Shown here: one piece after another, positions 58,460-64,000 of the stretch | Layout of the letters: each line of letters starts with the position of its first letter | Position numbering within the stretch: position 1 is the stretch's first letter | Source: Eledone cirrhosa | Lineage: Eukaryota | Length of the DNA: 64,000 nt | Reading direction: 5' to 3' | Assembly: GCA_964016885.1 (NCBI GenBank) | Contig: OZ024757.1 | Span: 38,006,001 to 38,070,000, forward strand | The notes under the pieces: model-generated | What the model was told of the DNA's origin: nothing | The model's database searches: none | What the model saw: only the letters and a program-made list of their open reading frames with translations | Made by a program: the position numbers and the translations under genes

Positions 58460-59571
58460 GGAAGCGAAAAATCGATTAAATCCAAGCCAGTCTGTTAATG
58501 GTATTATATGTTATCGACCCTGTAAGGATGAAAGATAATTATAACCTCGCCGGCTTTTTAACTCAAAACGTAAAGGGCCAAAACTCTATGCTAGAAATGA
58601 TGTCTTATTTAACCACAAGTCCAGCCATTTATATTTTTGAGAGGGGAGAAAGTTGATTAAATCGACCCCAGTATGTTACTGGTACTTTTTTATATTCTAT
58701 CGGCTGCCTTAAGGATGAAAGTGAAAGTTATTCTTGGCGAGATTTGAACTCAGAACGTGAAGGGCAGTAAATCTCTTCCTCCGATGGGTGGGGGTGTTAA
58801 TGCTTTAATAATTGTTTTTACTTTTATGTACAAGGCCAGCAATTAGCCCAGTGCATTATTGGTACTTTATTTTATCCACCCCGTATGGATACGCGTGTGG
58901 AGGCGCGTGGCTGAGTGGTTAGAGGATTGGATTCGCAATCGTGAGGTTGGGAGTTCGATTCTCGAACCGGGTGATGCGTTATGTCCTTGAGCAAGACACT
59001 TTATTTGACGTTGCTCCTTCTACCTGGAGTTGCGACCGATAGATAGTATTAGCAATTGGAAAGACAAAAGGAAACATAGTTTCCTCGGTCCGATTTGACG
59101 AAAGTCGATCGACTGTCGATGGATGAAAGGCAAAGTTAACCTCGGCGGGATTTTAACTACTAATGTAAAGGGCCATAACACTATACTGTTAAGCATTTTG
59201 TCCAAAGCTTTATTAATAGTGTCAATCTAGCTACCCATGATAATAATAATTATTTCTGATTTAGCAGATTGCTGATAAGCAATTTCGGGAGGGCGAAAGT
59301 CGATTAAATCGACCCCATCGTGTTATTAGTATTAAGGATACAGTCGGTGGATGTATGGCAGTATCGGTAGAGGGTCGGAATCAATGCTTTGCAGCATAGA
59401 GTTACGACCTTTGATTATCTGAGTTCAAATCTCGCCGAGGTTAACTTTGCCTTTCATCCTTTACAGGGTCGATAAAATAAAGTACCAGTCACTCACTGGG
59501 GTCGATTTAATCGACTTTCCCCTCTCACCAAATTGATGGCCTTGTGCCTATACTAGAAACAGGTTTAATAC
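58460..59571. mobile_element. OK-like SINE cluster; last copy (+, 59344-59571) has TSD taaggatacag
   Basis: Consensus motifs; TSD at 59333-59343 and 59572-59582. Confidence 0.87.
58891..59118 (+). mobile_element. tRNA/partial-CORE SINE with unusual tail, nested in an OK SINE
   Basis: A box tggctgagtgg, B box gttcgattc; TSD atggat at 58885-58890 and 59119-59124. Confidence 0.88.
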
Positions 59572-59869
59572 TAAGGATACAGGTTTAATATCAACAACTC
59601 GTCCAATTACATGCGTATCCCTCGTATAAACGCTCTCATCTATCACCATTAAAGAAATAATATATTTCTTCCCTGAAGCAGAAAATATTTGATATAAAAC
59701 AAAATAACTGAAGGAAACTAAACAAAGTTAAATGAAGATCAACAAAAATATAATTTCAATAAAATATATAAGGACACAAACTAAGGAATGGCGGATAAAT
59801 ATTGTGAACTAAAACAACATTTTAGGAGATTATTGTGTGACATCAATGAAGTCATCACCAGCAGCATCA

Positions 59870-62800
59870 TTAGAAGCCCCATCATCATCATCATCATCAT
59901 CATCATCACCATCATCACAATAATGATCATCACCATCAACATCATCAACACCACCAACTTCATCAAATATATATCATCATCATCACATGTATATTGTTGT
60001 CATCATTAATAGCATAATCGTCATAAACAACAATATCAACATTATCACGATCATCATCATCATCATCATCATCACTATCGATGTAAGCCTATGATGATGA
60101 TGATCATCATCATCATCACAATAATATCGCCACCTCCATCACCACCATCTTCATCACCAGAAACTTCACCACATCCACCTCCTCCATCATTATCATTCTT
60201 TTAAACACCACCACCCCACTACCTCCCTTAAACACCACCACCACTATCACCCCCCCATTACCATCACCACCAACGCGACCTCCCTTAAACACCACCCCCA
60301 CTATCATCACCCCACCCCAACTACCTCCCTTAAACATCACCACCAACACTACCTCCCTTAAACATCACCACCACTATCATTACCAACACCACCACCACTA
60401 TCATTACCACCATCACCACCCCCACTACCTCCCTTAAACATCACCACCCCCACTACCTCCCTAAACACCACCACCAACACCACCTCCCTTAAACACCACC
60501 ACCACAATCATCACCAACACCACCATTACATCTTCTATCACTCTAAACATCATCACCACCACCACTACCACCACCACCACCCTCATAATTACAATAATCG
60601 TCAACACCAATATCACCACTACCACCACCATCATCATCATGATCACCATAGCCATCAACGTACTATCGCCATCACCAACACCAGCATCATAATCATTATC
60701 ATAAACACAAACACCTCTGCCACCATCATCAACACAGCTCGACTCGATCCTCATTAACACACCACCACCAACCACCCTTATGATTACATTAAGCACCACC
60801 ACCATCATCATCATCAACATGGTCAACAAACGCCAACACCACCACGACCATCACTATCATGATCACCATCAACGAATAAAACCACTGCCACCTCCATCAC
60901 TACCACCACCAACATTACCACCATCAACACTCAACTTGATCCTCATTAACACCACCACCATTACAACCACCACTACTAACAACAACAACAATACAACCAC
61001 CAACATCCCCACCAACATCCCCACCAACATCAGCAACATCACCAACACCACCATCGCAAATACCAACACCACCACTAACAACACCACCACCACCACCACC
61101 AGCAACACCACCACCAACAACACCGCTACCACCAACAACACCATTACCACCAACAACAACAACTCCACCACCAACTCCACCACCAACAACTCCACCACCA
61201 ACAACTCCACCACCAACAACTCCACCACCAACAACTCCACCACCAACAACACCACCACCAACAACAACACTACCACCATCAACAATAACTCCGCCACCAC
61301 CAACACCAACACTACCACCACCAACAACAACAACACCACCACCACCAACAATAACTCCCCCGCCACAAAACACCACCACCACCAACAACAACTCCACCGC
61401 CACAAAACACCACCACCACCACCACCAACAACAACACCACCACCAACAACAACAACAACAGCACCACCACCAACAACAATAACAACACCACCGCCACGAA
61501 CACTACCAACACCACCAACAACAACAACAACAGCGGCAATATAATCATCATAAATGGAAAGAAACATCGGCAGTCTGTCCATAAAAATAACAATACTAAT
61601 AACAGTAATAATAACACTAATACTAACAACAAGAAACTCAACAATATTCAATACTTGGCAAAACGCTGCAGAAATTAATTGGTTTTGCAGATGTGCAGAG
61701 GAAGAAATCCTGTTAATTAAAAATATTCTCATTTATTTATTTATGTATTGCTAGAAATATTTGTTGATTTGTATATATATATATTTGTAGATTTACATAT
61801 TTTACCTTTATGTATGTATGTATGTCTGTATGTATGTATGTCTGTATGTATGTATGTATGTACGTGCGTGTATATATATTTATTTATGCATATATGGGTA
61901 TGTTTATATATATATATGTATCTGTTTATATATATGTATATATGTATGTGTATGTATGTATGTATGTATGTATGTATGTATGTATGTATATATATATGTA
62001 TTATGTAAATATATATATGTATGTAAATATATATATATTTATGTAAATATATATATGTATGTAAATATATATATATGTAAATATATATATATATATGTGT
62101 ATGTATATATATATATAAATATATATGTATGTATATATGTCTGTATATATATGTATGTATATATGTCTATATATGTATGTATATATGTCTATATATGTAT
62201 GTATATATGTCTATATATGTATATGTATATATATGTATGTATATATGTCTATATTCATATATTTTAATGTTTCTCTCCTGTATCTATTTGTCGATTATTT
62301 CAATGTTTGCACCCCCCCCCCTCACTACACATCATTTCACAGAATCTCCCTACTTCTTGCTTTTTCACTGATTCCCAAATAATTCGTCCATTTTATATTA
62401 TTGAATTCATGCTGTTGTTGTTGTCGTTGGTCTTGTTGTTGTTGTTGATCTTGTTGTTGCTCTTATTTTTGCGCATGTTGGTGGTGTTGTTGTTCTTGTT
62501 GTGGTTCTTGTTATTGCTATTGTTGCTGCTCTTGCTAGTTTTGTTGTTGTTGGTGATGTTGTTGTTGCTGCTGTTATTGCTGCTATTGTTGTTGTTGCTG
62601 CTGTTGTTTTTGTTGTTGTTGCTGAGTTGCTGTTGCTGACGTTGTTGTGGTTGTTGTTGCTGTTCGTGTTGTTGGTGTTTGATTTATAGTATTTATTTTT
62701 CTTTTGTTTTCTTGTGTCTGACTGTGTGTATGTTTGTGTGTGTGTTTGTGTGGGTGTGTGTGTTTGTGCGTGTTTGTGTGTGTTTCTGTATGCTTGTGTA

Positions 62801-63570
62801 TGTTTGTGTAAGTGTGTGTGTTTGTGTGTGTGTGTTTGTGTATGTTTGTGTATGTTTGTGTGTGTTTGTGTATGTTTGTGTGTTTGTTTGTGTGTATGTG
62901 TTTGTGTGTGTGTGTTTCTCATTCTATTGGTCGCCAACATCATCATCATCATCAACGTTATAATTAGTCTTAACCTTGTCATCGTCGCCGCCACCATCGC
63001 CCTCTCCGTCGTCATCAGAATTATCATAATCTTAATTTGCATTCATTCATACTCTACTTGGTAGTAATAATAATTATTGACAAAATTATTTGCATACACA
63101 TCATCATCATTATCACCATCACCACCACCATCACCACTATCACCATCATCACCATCACCACCACCATCACCACTATCACCATCATCACCAGCATCACAAC
63201 CTTCACCACTATCACCATTATCACCACCATCACCATCTTCACCACTACCACCATCATCACCACCTTCACCACTATCATCACTATCACCACCTTCACCACT
63301 ATCACCATTATCACCACCATCGCCACCGCCATCACCATCAGCACCACCTTCACCATTATCACTACCATCACGACCATCAACCCCATCACCAACATCAACA
63401 CCACCTTCACCACCATCACCACCATCAACATCATCACCACTATCACCATTATCACCATTAACACCACCACCATCATCATCAGCACCACCATCACTATCAC
63501 CACCATCATCATCAGCACCACCATCACTATCACCACTACCATCAACATAACATTCACCAACACTATCAAA
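59870..63570. repeat. Trinucleotide (CAT/CAC/CAA/GTT), (TATG) and (GT) low-complexity block
   Basis: Direct reading. Confidence 0.93.
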
Positions 63571-64000
63571 CATTACTGTCATGACAACCACCGATAACTC
63601 TCTCCGGTTCACTCCCACCATTCCTTAATCTAGTTATTGCCCTTCCTCATACTACTACCTTTAATTCTTTCAAAGTCTACAAAAAAATGTAACACTCCAG
63701 TCTGGGATCTATCTTTCCTCTTCTATATCTCCTTCTCACCTCCTTCATTTCTTTCACGGCTTCTCTCAAAGAAATCTGGTCTGTTCTTCTCTGTAGAAAG
63801 GAAGGTTTCCATAACATCTAAAACACACAAGATAAACCACATATGCCGCAGACATCCCCACGATTCCATCGAATGTTACAGTTCTCTCGATACATACAAC
63901 TAAGTGTTATAATTGATTAGGTAGGTGAGCAAAGGTGTTCAAAATGTAGCTATCCGGTGATTTTGTAAACCAGGTACTACAGAATAGTGCAACGTTATAA

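Noticed and set aside
58896-58970. tRNA gene
   Set aside because: It runs directly into a SINE body and is flanked by a TSD.
60780-63621. Thr/Asn-, His-, Pro/Ser- and Gly/Asp-rich ORFs resembling mucin or His-rich proteins
   Set aside because: Trinucleotide repeats open in most frames on both strands, with no signal peptide or splice context.

Overview
This is eukaryotic, AT-rich, repeat-saturated intergenic or intronic DNA. The SINE, LINE and MITE families resemble those of octopod cephalopods (Octopus/Argonauta-like); this is recognition by eye, not a database result. Roughly a third of the window is simple repeats ((TA)n, (CA)n, (CT)n, (CAC/CAT/CAA)n), and these produce most ORFs in the supplied track. 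No intact protein-coding gene can be supported. The rest holds about 30 copies or fragments of an OK-like tRNA-derived SINE, several OR1/OR2-like CORE-SINEs, decayed RTE-clade LINE fragments, mariner- and piggyBac-like MITEs, minisatellites and many long palindromes. The main hidden signal is a set of type I hammerhead ribozymes (HHRs) next to (TA)n tracts and fold-back palindromes. Two have intact catalytic cores (11150-11220 and 40632-40703, both minus strand) and several more are degenerate. This fits microsatellite-associated Penelope-like elements (PLEs) or retrozyme-like derivatives. Also notable are a fold-back carrying two convergent tRNA-like Pol III units, three near-perfect inverted SINE pairs, a SINE subfamily with an unfamiliar tail, and a candidate promoter and exons.
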